Part shown: piece by piece, positions 49,808-63,231 of the stretch | How the letters are laid out: each line of letters starts with the position of its first letter | How positions within the stretch are numbered: position 1 is the stretch's first letter | DNA from: Mustelus asterias | Taxonomy: Eukaryota | Reading direction: 5' to 3' | Assembly: GCF_964213995.1 (NCBI RefSeq) | Contig: NC_135807.1 | Span: 54,374,001-54,438,000, forward strand | Length of the DNA: 64,000 nucleotides | Translations under genes and position numbers: made by a program | Notes under the pieces: model-generated | The model's input: the letters and a program-made list of their open reading frames with translations, nothing else | The model's database searches: none | What the model was told of the DNA's origin: nothing

Positions 49808-50629
49808 CAGTCTTAGTATCATATAATTATAAAGTGGTTACAACTCAGAAGGGGGCCATTTGGCCCTTTGCAGCCATGCTGGTTCTCTGCAAAAACACTT
49901 GGCCCACTCCTCAGTCCTTTCTGCAAATATTTTGCAAGCCCTGCAAATGTTTCTCTCTTCCAAATCTTATGCATTTCCATTTTGAAAGCCATGATTAAAT
50001 CTGCTACATTTCCTTCCAGTTCGTGCTTTTTTTTAGGACTTCATCTACAACCTCGCTCCCTGAATGAACTGGAAGAGATGTCTTGGTCTCAGCCTGGTTG
50101 TTGTTGCGCACCTGGGTGCTGGGTGATGGAGTGCAAAATGTAAGAGGTGACAGTGGGGCTGTGCATGGATAAGGATTTATTGGAATGTTTCTAAAAGGTA
50201 GTAAGGGCCATAAGAAACATCTATATATAACCATGTCCCAAGTTCACCCTGCACGCACTTCTTTGTGCTTTGCCTGTGGTCCACTGTGTCCTTCATCATG
50301 CATTGCCTAACCGCCATCCTCCTCCACATCCTCATCATTGGAGAAGGCATCGCACTAAATAATATCCTCATTTTTCAACACTTGCCCTGCCCCCTCTGCA
50401 GTGCCAGTTTGCAGCAGGCCACCATGACGCATGAGACCTGGCTGGGGCATGTTAAAAAGCTCCATTGGATTGATTTAGGCACCTGAATCACATATTTGGA
50501 AGTTTAATGTCCTGCTCAATGGTTGATGGTGTTGCTCCATGTTAATGTTATATATCCCCCCTCCATCTGTGTGTGGGTTCCTCACAGGTGTAAGTCATCA
50601 TGTCTTCGGTGAATTGCTCTTGTCACCCA

Positions 50630-50936
50630 ATATCTATCCCGAGTTGCCCACGGAGGGCAGTTGAGAGTCAACCACATTTCTGTGGCTCTGGAGTCACATA
50701 TAGGCCAGACCAGGTAAGAATGGCAGATTTCCTTCCATGAAGGACATTAATGAACCAGATGGGTTTTTCCGACAATCAACAATGGTTTCACAGTCATCAG
50801 TAGATTCTTAATTCCAGATTTTTAAAAATTGAATTCAGATTCCACCATCGGCGGGATTTGAACCTGGGTCCCCAGAACATTAGCTGAGTTTCTGGATTAA
50901 TAGTCTAGTGATAATACCACTAGGCCATCACCTCCC
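50630..50936 (-). mobile_element. tRNA-derived SINE (family 2)
   Basis: Reverse-complement homology to 22323. Confidence 0.88.
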
Positions 50937-52536
50937 ATCATCTCCCATTGCCCCTCATTGCTTGCATGAGATTTTATTGCATGCTTGCCTGAAGTTCATT
51001 CCTGCATTAATTTAGCAGATGCATTAGCATTGGAGAGGAAATTTGGAGGAACTGCACAATCCTTTATACACTGGTGAGAAGATTTTGAGGACAATATTCT
51101 TCTTATTATCTGCCCACTCGTTAACTCCATAGCAACTAACAGATCAGTCCTGCTTTTCTAAAAGGGATATTTTTGACTTGGGTGAGGATTCTGAAATAAA
51201 GTAATGGCTGTCTGATGATTGCAATAATTAAAGACCTGAGGCTAGATCTTTCTGGGTATATGCACAGGAATACTGAATCCCCGGGTGAGAAACAATGCAC
51301 ATTTCTTGACAGGAATATATTCAGGTTAGCCCAAATTTCTTACTATTTGCTGTGAGCTGGCAATCCGATGCCAGGTAAATATTTCCTTCCATTGTCATCG
51401 ATTTGAGAGGAATTAATGTTTTGCTTTCAATCATGCATCGGATTGGAAGTTCAGCAGTCATTGCGCCAGCTGCAGATATTAATACATGTGATCTTCTATT
51501 TGCAGGAGAACCCATTCATATTTTATCACCACCAAAATAAATGCGGTGACAGCCCAGCTGCATATTAAATGTAAAAGTCGCATTGTCACACTTTGTTAGG
51601 AGTTTCTGATCTGGAAACCATATTTAGGATTTCAGAAACAACTCAGAGGTGGCGTCAGGGAGCACTTCTTCACACAAATGATTGTGGAAACTTGGATCAT
51701 TTTCCCTCAAGCAGTCGTTGCAACTCGGTCTACTGAAAATTTCAAAATTGAGACACAGCATAAGAAAGGAGATGAAAGCAAGGCAGTTTGATGGAGTAAA
51801 GATGCAGAAATGCTGATTATCTATTTGAATGGTGAAGTAGGCTCCAGCTGCTTAACACCACCACCCCCCGCAGGGTGCCAGATCCCTCCTCGCCCCAAAT
51901 ACCTGGGACTTTTACCTGGGTGGGTGGTCCAGTGCCCATCCTTGGTGTTTGCGTGTCTGCTTGCAATTGCAGCAACACCCAATACCTGGGACTGCTTGTT
52001 CCTTGTTCCTACCCAGAAAGGAAAATAACAGTATAGTAGAGAAATAAGAATACTGGTTCGAATTGTGTTTTCCCTCTGGGTATGTTGCTACAATCCTTCC
52101 ATTCTTACTTTAACTTCTGATGCACATCATATTTAATACTCATCCCTTGACTGAACTTACAGAGGAGAAAACAAGAATAATTAAAAGATCCATTAGCACG
52201 TTCAACATTATGAGAGGTTTTGATATTGTAAACAGGGAAAAATTATTTCTCTGGTTGATGATTCAGTAAATAGAGGGCATAATTTTAAGATCATGATCAA
52301 AATAATGGAGAAGTTAGTTTTTTTTTAAATAGATGGTCATAGAATGCTCTTGCAGAAACAATTATGGAAGCAGAATCATTAATGACTTTAAAAAGACAAC
52401 TAGTGAAATATCTGAGAAAGGTAAAGATAAATGAATTTGGGGAAAGGGCAGGGGAATGGGACAAGTGATGAGCTCTTTCAGGAAATGACAGCAGTGTGGT
52501 CAGTAAGTGGTCTGCTTCTGTGCAGTAAAATTCTAT

Positions 52537-53405
52537 GAGCTGGAAGTTATGGTCCCTCCTACTGAGTGTGGTTTTGGTGGGTGGGGCATTTGGAATATGT
52601 CAGGCGGCTACCCCATGACCTTTCCACTCACCCCCAACATGGTCCCCATAATCCGGGGTGGAGATGGGGAGCTCACCATTTGGCCCACCCTTGGGCCTAC
52701 TGAGGACCTTAAGTGGATAATTATTGCCCTTTAAAGGCCCTCAATCTGCCCCCACTGCCATAATGCACTATGGGCAGTGATAGGCTGGGAAGAGTGACAA
52801 GACTTTTTTTTAACCAACTTTGGTTAAAAGGCAGGAACGGTAGGGGGTTTACATGATCTGGAGGGGGGGAGGGGGAGCACCATGTACCTCAGGGGCACCA
52901 CCCTCACAAGATGTTATCCCCTTTATTCCTCCCCACCTGGCCACCAAAATCCCAAACCACCACCTCCCTCATCACCAACCACCTCCCCAATCCACCCGTA
53001 CAGGATGCCAGATCCCAAAATACCTGGGACTTTTACCTGGGTTAGTGGTCCAGTGCCCACCCTTGTTGTTTGTGTGTCTGTCTGCAGTTGCAGCAATGCC
53101 CAATTTAGAGTTCTGGCGTTCCTGGGACTGATTGTGCTACTGACCAACCAGAATGGACAGCAGCTCTTGACGGCAGAACTTTCTCCCACCGAAGGAGGAG
53201 AAGTCAGACCCTCACTTTGTTCAGCAGCACCACCCCCCACCCCCCCACCCCCTATCCTCCCCACCGAGCCTGTTACTGCCGTGGGTGGCCTTTATTAAAA
53301 TCAGTCAGTTTGGAACTGAATTTTCTTCCCGCATGAACAATATGCATCATGCTCCTCACCCCCACCCCACCCACCATCACCCCAAATCCCTATTAAATTC
53401 AGCCC
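52537..53405. mobile_element. Old Harbinger-type non-autonomous element
   Basis: Ends gagctggaagttat / taaattcagccc; a similar end occurs at 55093. Confidence 0.5.
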
Positions 53406-53635
53406 TATGATTCTCTATAATCTGGATACACTGACACCACTGGGACTGCAGCAATTCAAGAAGGCAGCTCACCACCCCTCTCAAGGCCAATTCAGGATGG
53501 GCAGTAAATGCTGGCCTAGCCAACGATGTCCACATCCCGTGAATTAATAAAAAGAATTGATTTCCCTTTAAAGATTAATGTGGCATTTCCAGGATTTTAA
53601 ATTAGTGTCAGGTTTTTTTTGTTTTGGAAAAAAGT

Positions 53636-53937
53636 TTATTTATTAGTGTCACAAGTCGGCTTACATTGACACTGCAATGAAGTTACTATGAAAATCCCCT
53701 AGTCGCCACACTCCGGCGCCTGTTCAGGTACACTATGGGAGAATTTAGCATGGCCAACGCACCTAACCAGTACGTCTTGTGGACTGTGGGAGGAAACCGG
53801 AGCACCCGGGGGAAACCTACGCAGACACGAGGAGAATGTGCAAACTCCACACAGACAGTGACCCAAGCCAGGAATCGAACCCAGTTCCCTGGCGCTGTGA
53901 GGCAACAATATTAACCACTGTGCTACTGTACCACCCC
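53636..53937 (-). mobile_element. V-SINE with alternative tail
   Basis: Sibling of 12366-12660. Confidence 0.9.
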
Positions 53938-55234
53938 AATTACATGGTGAGATGAGAAATCTGAGTTCATTTATTTGCAGAAAGATAATTTAATTCATTC
54001 GTTAAAGAGAAGATAGAAATTGTTTTTATTTTTTCAATCCGTTACCTATCACGTAGTTTGAACTGGTAAAATCGAGTGGGATATTAATGTCAGATTATGT
54101 CATTTCAATTCTCCTCTCTGATTACTTTAAAATGACTCTTCAAGTGAACATAGCAAGTGCTTGGATTCACCTCATGGTGAGTTCCTGATGAGAGATCCCT
54201 GAAGAAGACAAGGCAGCTTCCTCACTGAGAGAGGAGTAACATCAGATGGGCAAGTCTCTGCAGGTCATTCATTTACAGGCCTGTTAGCAGATTGTTACTG
54301 AGTGACATTAGGAGATAACAAATAATCTATATCTTTTCGCTCTTTCATCCATGATGGTAGCACAGAAGGTAAAAGGAGAAGTAATGGACTAGATTTTACT
54401 AGTCCTCTAGGATGAGCTGGGAGCAGGATGCCACTAAAATGGTGAAAGAAGATAGGGAATGACTGTAGCACCACCCACTGCCATGGCATTGTGCCAGAAG
54501 TGACGAGGGTGAAGTACAGCCCATCGTTCAGAAGCCAATTGAGCCACTTATATGGCCAATTATTAAGGCATCTTACTGCCACTGCTGGCATCTTACTAAT
54601 GGTGGATGGGTTCTTCACCCTGTGGGGAGACCACCCAGTGAACCCTGGTTGCTTTCCTGTTAGCTTCGTGGGGGGAGACCTCCTCCTCAAACAATCTGTT
54701 GCGCATGGAATGGTTTCATCAGCATCATGGTTTCACACATTGCAACCAACCTGCTGCCCTTACCAACTGCCCTTCTTTGGTTGGGGCTGCCTGGCTTGCC
54801 CTGCCATTCCCAGACCCCACTTACTTGCTTGGCTTGGTGGTGTGCTTCCAGCAATCCATTCCATGGTGTCCTTATTTTTCATGCGCAGTCCCCTGTGCCC
54901 TTTGGTGTTGCTGAGTATGCAGGCCCTCCAATTGGCCAGCAGCTTCTGGAGGCTGGCGTCTGCCCTTTAAAGGGGCGGCAGCCCCGACAGCAACTAATGA
55001 GTTTTCTGATGCCCAAGAAATGTGGCCGTGGTCCCACAAACGATCAAGGAGGACCCATTGCCAGGACCCCTGCTGTGACAATAAAATTCAGCCCTATGTT
55101 TTATACAATTTTTCACAAGAAGTAATGAAACATGAAACTATAACCCCCAAAACAATTTGCATCAATATTTGAGGGTCACGTTTCATGGTGTGTCTGGAGA
55201 GCCTCAGGGTCCATCCTTAGAAATGAATGGGGGC

Positions 55235-55562
55235 AGCTAGGTTCAATTCCGGTCTTGGCTGACTGTCTGGGTGGAGTTTGCACATTTACCCCATATCTGT
55301 GTGGGTTTCCTCTGGGTGCTCCGGTTTCCTCCCACAGTCCAAAGATGTGCAGGTTAAGTGGATTGGCCATGCTAAATTGCCTCTTCATGTCCAAAGATAT
55401 GTAGATTAGGTGGTTGGTGATGATAAATGCATGGGATTATGGGGATAGGGTGGGGTGGCATGGGGGGTGGGGGTCAGAGTGTTGGTGAGCCTGGATAAAG
55501 ATATTCTTTCAGAGTGTTGGTGGCTCCTTCTGCATTGTAGGGATTGTGTGGTTCGATGGTTC
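55235..55562 (+). mobile_element. HE1-type V-SINE, 5'-truncated
   Basis: V-domain text. Confidence 0.85.
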
Positions 55563-55656
55563 AAAGGTCAAATCTCAGAGTCTGACCCTGACAGCAGTTC
55601 CACAAGAAATCTAATGACCCCACCGACCTGGGAAGCTTTTCCCCAGGTCGGTGGTG

Positions 55657-55950
55657 ACGTTCACGAGGGGTCATAGGTTCAAGGTGAAGGGGGGGAGGTT
55701 TAACACAGATATCAGAAGGACATATTTTACACAGAGGGTGGTGGGGGCCTGGAATGCGCTGCCAGGCAAGGTGTTGGAGGCGGACACACTGGGAACGTTT
55801 AAGACTTATCTAGACAGCCATATGAACGGAGTGGGAATGGAGGGATACAAAAGAATGGTCTAGTTTGGACCAGGGAGCGGCGCGGGCTTGGAGGGCTGAA
55901 GGGCCTGTTCCTGTGCTGTATTGTTCTTTGTTCTTTGTTGTTCTTTGTTG
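55657..55950 (+). mobile_element. CR1 3' end
   Basis: TRGHRFKV..YFTQRVVGAWNALP; tail (ttgttct)n; same tail at 39918-39968. Confidence 0.9.
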
Positions 55951-56764
55951 ATCTAATTAGTATGAATGGTCAACATCAGTGAAAACATCCTTACATGTCA
56001 TCTCCTACCAACGACAACAGCCATCTCACATACTGCTCAATGTATTTCAACTCCCACCACAAATCCCTGGTACTTGGGACTCAGGTCTAACATCCTGAAC
56101 CTCCATCTCACCCTCACTAATTCTGCCAGCCTCATGCTCACCGCGCTGCTCCACATAAGTCCAACTATTTCGCTATGACAGACACCTCAGCTGCTACATC
56201 ATCACTTGCAGGGCAAGGTGGCACACAATAGAAGGTAGCAGAATGGAGCAGGAGTGGACAAGGATGCCTGCATCTCCTGAGCCCTTCAGAGTATATGGTT
56301 ATCAACATTGTGCAGTTGGTCGCAATAGGATTTGCAGCATCCATTATCATTGAGTATATTGAGGATGATGGCATCTTTTACCATATTTCCAGTCTCCATT
56401 CCCAGCATCTCCACATTCTGATATTTAGCATAATGAGCAAGCATAATGTGGTTGTGACCATGGACTTCTTGATTTCCATCCCAAAACCTTTCATCAGACT
56501 CGAATCAATGCCTTGATAGCTTGCTTGGATGCACTCCAAGATCTTTTTGTTTATCTCCTTAGGGATGATGACTCTAGTTTCTTTCTACAAGATGCCATCA
56601 TGGGCAATCACTTTATTCTTGTATGCCCAATACTCTATTATAGAAAGAGGAATGTCCTTGATGGTTCTAGGCTTTCTTTCCATCACTACTTCCTGCAGCA
56701 TCTGGAGAGTTGCATCTCGTTGTGTCGTTTTGTTGACCTGAGCAAGACCCTTGCTGTCAGATCT

Positions 56765-57861
56765 GAACCCGATTTTACCATCACATTGCACCCGTTTTCG
56801 GGCGCGAAAACTTGGTAAAGTTGGGTGTGAGGTGAGTAGCGCGATCCGCGCCCGCCTCCGCGCCAGTTCCCCCTTAACCAAAGCCTGAAAATGGCCATGA
56901 TCGGGACCAGGCCTGAAACAGACACGACGGCCATTTAAATGCATTTGCGTGCATTTAAATTGACTTAATGGACTGCACGGCCAACTTTACTGGCACTTTC
57001 CCCTTCACCACTGCGTTCGCCCATCCAGAATCGGCGCAAAACAGACATGCTCCACAAAAGTCTGATTCGGGCCCTCCAATTAGTGAGGAGGTAGGTGACT
57101 AGTGTCAGATGGCTCTCTGCTTGAGATCGGTGGGGCGGGGGGAAGGCAGGGTCTGCTGCCACACTGCCTGAGATCAGTGAGAGGGAAGGGGGGTCCACTG
57201 CCACTCTGCCTGTGATCAGTGAGGGGGAAGGGGGGTCCACTGCCACTCTGCCTGTGATCAGTGAGGGGGAAGGGGGGTCCACTGCCACTCTGCCTGTGAT
57301 CAGTGAGGGGGAAGGGGGGTCCACTGCCACTCTGCCTGTGATCAGTGAGGGGGAAGCGGGGTCCACTGCCACTCTGCCTGTGATCAGTGAGGGGGAAGGG
57401 GGGTCCACTGCCACTCTGCCTGTGATCAGTGAGGGGGAAGGGGGGTCCGCTACTGCTCTGCTTGAGATCAGTGGGGGGGGAATGGGAGGGAGGGGACTGT
57501 GGACAGACTGGGTGGCAGGTGGGTGGGGGGGATAAGGGGGTCAGTAATGTTGGGAGGTGGGGCAATGTCTGCGGGGGACAGCGGGAGGCATTATCTGGCT
57601 CGGGAGGGATGTGGCAGGGGAGCCGCATTCTATCATTTCTTTTTCTGCGCATGCACAGTTGGAAGTGGCGATCAGAGCTGCAGGGTTTCAGGTGCGTTAA
57701 GCCCCGCCCACAGGCTTCTACAGTGCGATTCAGAATCGCTGATTGTTTTTCACGTAGAGTGCGTATGGGTGCGCCGGAGAACAGGTCTAAAAGTCTGGTC
57801 GGAAACACTCCCAGATTCAAATCCGCCCAGGACTTAGAATCAAAATGGTAAAATAGGGCCC
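56765..57861 (-). mobile_element. Non-autonomous relative of the 23224-29012 Harbinger
   Basis: 17-bp TIR (14/17 match); 57540-57861 aligns to 23224-23550 and 56765-57095 to 28670-29012; ORF translations share ALFYHFDSK.W.DLNLGV. Confidence 0.92.
57172..57465. repeat. 42-bp minisatellite, 7 copies
   Basis: GATCAGTGAGGGGGAAGGGGGGTCCACTGCCACTCTGCCTGT, near-perfect copies. Confidence 0.97.
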
Positions 57862-59778
57862 AGAGTCTCTGCTGGGTTGATGACTTCGAGAACACGTTGT
57901 GCTGTTATTTCTTGATTTCACACTCTGTACTCATTTCAGCGACTTCCTTCAAAGATACTGTGGCTCTCAATAGCATTTCGGTGATACACAACTGCTTCCC
58001 TCGCTGGTACTTCACTTCCAAATGATATCTCTGTAAACAGAGTAGGAGCCATTGCAGAAGTTTGGAGCAGATAAAAAGAGTTTGAGAAAGATGTTTTGAA
58101 TTGGCTTGTAGTCAAACTCTAACATCCAGATCCTCTTTTGTCTCTCCCAAACAGGCATGAATTAAAATGCTCACAAAGACAATAGCCAGATCCTCATTCT
58201 CAAAATGAGTGTTGCGTTCTTCAGTTTGTGTTAACACATTGGATGCGTTCTTGTTGTATGAGAGTTGTTCCAAGTCCTGTTTGTCTGCCATCACACTCCA
58301 GGTTGACTTCACCATTGATATCATAACATCAGCATTGGCATTGTCATCACTAGTTGTTTGATGCGAGTGAAAACTTCTTGTTGTTCTGTGTCCCAATACT
58401 ACTGAACATCCTTTGAGCGGTTGTCCACACTATGATGACAAAGAGTTCACAAATCCTATAAATTATTGAACTGCCTTCACATCTGTTGATCGCTATATCT
58501 GTGGTACAGCTCACCCCATATCAGGATCAGGTTGAAGTCCTTTCGTTGCACACATGACTTATGTACCTGGCCTCAGCCATCTTCCGTTGCAGTTTTTTCT
58601 TGTTCACTTTCAGCTTCATCTGGTGGGCTCTCTCTCTTTCACAGTCTCACTAGATTCTGATCATGGTCTGCGATGGCTTCTTTCATCCATAGACTAGCAG
58701 ATCATCCACAATCGATTCCACTCCTGCAAGATAATTGACTATCTCAGGCTGTTTGCGTTGATACTCTTCCGAAGCAGTGGAAATGCCAAATGGCATAAGC
58801 AACCATCTGTGTCTGCCAAAAGGCATCCAGAATGTAGTCAGAAACCTGCTGTTTTCTTCCAGTTTCACTTATCAGTGCGTATCCTTCACATCTAGAACTG
58901 TAAAGACCTTTGCCTTGGCAAGTTGTGACAAAATTCCATCAATGGTTGACAAGGGATAGTGACATCTCTTCAAAGGTCTGTACAGGCCCTTTGGATCGAT
59001 GCACATTCTCAGCTTTCCAGTTTGTTTTACTGCTATCATCCCGTTAATCCGGTCTGTAGGAATTGTCACTTTCTTGATTACTTCCATCTTTTCAAGTTTC
59101 CCTGTCTTGTCTTTCAGGCTGGACTTGAGGATAGCTGCAGCTCTCCTCTGAAGAAGCTCTCATCCACTTCATATGGTATTCAACAGGAAAACATCCAAAA
59201 GCTGTGTGAAAACATCTTTGTAACTTTTCATGATCTGTTTATCAGTCAATGGCTTGATGCCATGTGAAATACTGCAATTCTATTCTGGTACAGCCCATTT
59301 TCAGCAACTTCACACTAGTCTGCAAAGCTCATGATGTTGCAAGCAGCACCAATGTCTATCTGACACTTCACGTTAACTTGATGCTCTCCTTGAGACTTGA
59401 TGGTGCCAACCTCTCCTAGAGTGTAGAATGATTCATCAGGATTATCATCCAACATCTCTCCAGAACCCATCTTTATAAACTAGTTTTTCTTCTTTCCAGC
59501 AAAACATTTGCATGCAAAGTGATTCAGCTTTTTGCAGTTAAAGTGCTGCTTTCTCTATGCTGAACATGCTTCCTTTCCTTTAGTGTGGTGTCCTCTGCAA
59601 TATTTACATCCAGTGCTGTCCTTGGTCTTTCTACTGGCCCTTCTGTAAATAGTTATTCTTTGTCTCAGTTGCCCTATGCTTGGAAGGCCTGAATTGCTTC
59701 CCTGCATAGTGTAAAGTTTTCTCAGTTCTCCCATCAAGACTCTTCAGCTGATGGTTAATCATGCCAGAGCTTCTACAT

Positions 59779-60120
59779 ATCATAGAATCATAGAAACCCT
59801 ACAGTGCAGAAGGAGGCCATTTGGCCCATCGAGTCTGCACCGACCACAATCCCACCCAGGCCCTACCCCCACACATTTTAACCACTAATCCCTCTAACCT
59901 ACACATCTCAGGACTCTAAGGGGCAATTTTTAACCTGGCCAATCAACCTAACCCGCACATCTTTGGACTGTGGGAGGAAACCGGAGCACCCGGAGGAAAC
60001 CCACGCAGACACGAGGAGAATGTGCAAACTCCACACAGACAGTGACCCGAGCCGGGAATCGAACCCAGGACCCTGGAGCTGTGAAGCAGCAGTGCTAACC
60101 ACTGTGCTACCGTGCCGCCC
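59779..60120 (-). mobile_element. HE1-type V-SINE, young full-length copy in Gypsy gag
   Basis: CpG-retaining head gggcggcacggtagcacagtggttagc. Confidence 0.95.
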
Positions 60121-61129
60121 TAATACTTTTGTTGAGAGTAAGTTTCTCTTCTCTCTTGTCTCATGACAGGATCTCTTGTTCCTAAGACAATCGTATCTCT
60201 GATTAGATTATCCTTCAGTTATCCAAACTTATACGATATAGCTAGACGTCTCAGTGCAGTCATATTTGACCAAGACTGCCCCTCTTCCTGAGCCCTGTAT
60301 TGAACACATAAGTGTTCATAAGAAACATTCATGAAGGGCTGAAAGTAAGTTTTCAAACTCTCCAAAATTTCACAAAATTGGCTTCTCTGGACCTCAGGGT
60401 ATACAACAGCTTGCTAAATTTTTCCCCCATGACTGATAGCAGAGTTCATCCTTATTTGTCCAGGTTTCTTGTTTGATTCTGTGGAAATGTCAGAGTTCTG
60501 CCAGTGAGACTAGAAGAATTTCCAATTCACTCTATGGTTGGAACTGTACCACCTTGCTCATCATGAAATCGGCACGGGCGAGCGACCGACAAAGGAAATC
60601 CCCGTTGACCTCGGGCGGGAATTTCCAGTCTCGCCCAAGCGAGGCCATAAAATCCTGCCCACTAATCTGCCTTCATCTCCATAGGAGCCAGCACTGTAAT
60701 ATTCAAAGTTATAATGACTCACTCAACACTCATTATCCTGAAGAAAGGTGTAGACTGAAATTTGAATATTCGCTGCTGTTCTTTAGAGCAGCTGGCTCTT
60801 TTGCTGCTATCAAAATCCATTCAATTGCAGCCACACACTCAGGACATGGTGTTCCAAATGGTGAACAAAATGGCTTCTGTCTCAATTCTTTACTCATAAA
60901 GGAATAGCACCACAAGTCTCATGGCTATGGCAAGCCACAGAACATAACAGGCAAGACGGTAAATGGGGTTTACATCCAAAGATTTTTTTTGTGTTTCAAC
61001 ATTTATTATTTATTATCCATTCAACGTAATTTCAGTACATGTAAGAATCTGGTTGTGCTCGCACCTTCACGTTGAATATGCCCTCTATCATGTTGTGTGG
61101 CACTACCACCATGCTAAATGGAGCAGATC

Positions 61130-63231
61130 CTGAACAGATCCAGCAACTCAAAACTGAGTATCCATGAGGTGCTGTGGACCATCAGCTGCAGCAGAATTGT
61201 ACACAACCACAATCTAACTACGTGGCTTGTTAGATCCCCCACTCTACCATTACCATCCAACTAGGAGCTCAATCCTGATTCAATGGACAGTTCAGGAGAG
61301 CTGCCAAGAGCAGCACCAGGCACATCTAAAAATGAGAACAAATTCAACCTAACCAATTACCACCCATCAGTCTGCTCTTGATCATCAGCAAGGTGATAGA
61401 ATGTGCCGTGAGAGTGCGATCAAGTGGCATTTACTCAGTAATAACCTGTTAACTGATGCTCTGTCGGAGTTCCACTAAGGCCTTTCCGCTTATGAACTTC
61501 TTACAACCTTGGTCCAAACATGGACAAAAGTGCTGAACGCATGAGTTGAGGTGAAAGTCACTGCCCTTGACATCAAAGCAGCATTTGAGTTAGTCTGGCA
61601 TCAAGGAGCCCTAGGAAAAATGAAGTAAATCGGTATTAGTGGCACAGTGGTTAGCACTGCTGCCTCATAGCACTAGTTGGGTCACTGTCTGTATGGAGTC
61701 TGCACGTTCTCCTTGTGTCTACCTGGGTTTCCTCCGGGTGCTCCGGTTTCCTCCCACAGTCCAAAGATGTGCAGATTAGGTGGATTGGCCATGCTAAATT
61801 GCACCTTTGTGTCAAAAGACTTGTAGGTTAGGTGGATTAAATGCGTGGGGCTATGGGGATAGGGCGGATGGTACAATGCTCTGTCAGAGAGTCAGTGCAG
61901 ACATGATGGGCTGAATGGCCTCCTGCTGCACTGTAGGGATTCTATGATTCTATGGAATCAAGGGAAACTATGGAGTCATACCTAGCACAAAGGAAGATGG
62001 TTGTGGTTGCTGGAGGCTAACCATTTTCAGCAGCTTCATCAATGACCCTCTTTCCAAAGTAAGGTCAGAAATGAAGATGTTCGCTGTTGATTGAACAATG
62101 TTCATTAGCATTCACAACTTCTCAGATACTGAAGCAGTCTGTATCCATATGCAACAAGAGCTGGACAATATCCAGGCTTGGGTTGATAAATGACAAGTAA
62201 TACACACACCACACAAGTCGGAGGTAGTGACCATCTCCAATTAGAGAGAATCTAACCATCGTCCCTTGACATTCTATTACCATCACTGACTACCCCACCA
62301 TCATCATCCTGGAGATTATCATTGACCAGAAACTGGAACTGGACCAGTCATGTAAACACTGTGGCTACAAGAGTAAATCAGAGACTGAGAAAACTTGGGA
62401 GAGTAACTCACCTTCTGACTCCCCAAAGCCTGTCCACCATCTAAAAGGTAAGGTTTACAGCATGGAAACAGGCCCTTTGGCCCAACTTGTCCATACCGCC
62501 CAATTTTTACCACTAAGCTAGCCCTCATTGCCGCATTTGGCCAATAGCCCTCTATACCCATCTTACCCATGTAACTGTCTAAATGCTTTTTAAAAGACAA
62601 AATTGTACCCGCCTCTACTACTACCTCTGACAGCTCGTTCTAGACACTCACACTCTCTGAGTGAAAAAATTGTCCCTCTGGACCCTTTTGTATCGCTCCC
62701 CTCTCAGCTTAAACTTTACTTTAAACTCCCCTACCTTTGCGAAAGGTTGTTGACTATCTACCTTATCTGTGTCCCTCATTATTTTATAGACCTCTATAAG
62801 ATCACTCCTAACCCTCCTATGCTCCAGGGAAAAAAGTCCCAGTCAATTCAGCCTCTCCTTATACTCAAACCATCAAGTCTTGGTAACATCCTAGTAAATT
62901 TTTTCTTCACTTTTTCTAGTTCAGTCGGGAGTGTGAAGGAATACTTTCTACTGGCCTGGATGAGTGCAGCTGCAATAACACTCAAGAAGCTCGACACCAC
63001 CCAGGGAACGCAGCCTACTTGTTTGGCAACCCATCCATCACCTTAAGCATTCACTCCCTCCGCCACTTACGCACAGCGGCAGCAGTGTGTACCAGCAGCA
63101 ACTCACCAAAGCTCTTTAGGCAGCACCTTCCAAGCTCTACCACCAGAGGGACATGAGCAGCTTATGCATGAGAACAGCACCACCTGCAGGTTCCCCTCCA
63201 AGCCACTCACCATCCTGACTTGGAACAACAT
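61130..63231 (+). mobile_element. CR1/L2-group LINE fossil interrupted by a V-SINE (~61638-61953) and a CR1 (62447-62920, minus)
   Basis: Colinear with 31195-32830. Confidence 0.88.

Larger units (their letters stand above)
56285..60460 (-). pseudogene. Gypsy/Ty3 gag-pol fossil (zinc knuckle, protease, RT, RNase H, integrase start) with nested insertions
   Basis: CKYCRGHH..C and C.KLNHF..KC; CQIDIGA; KLRMCIDPK.L, FTVLDVK, LTTFWMPFGRHRWLLMPFGIS, IVDDLLVYG; EDLAIVF; EYWAYK...AHDGIL. Confidence 0.92.

Noticed and set aside
57080-57895. 271-aa ORF with 14-aa repeats, or a CRISPR-like array
   Set aside because: It is a head-to-tail 42-bp minisatellite with no spacers; the ORFs arise from stop-free repeat units.
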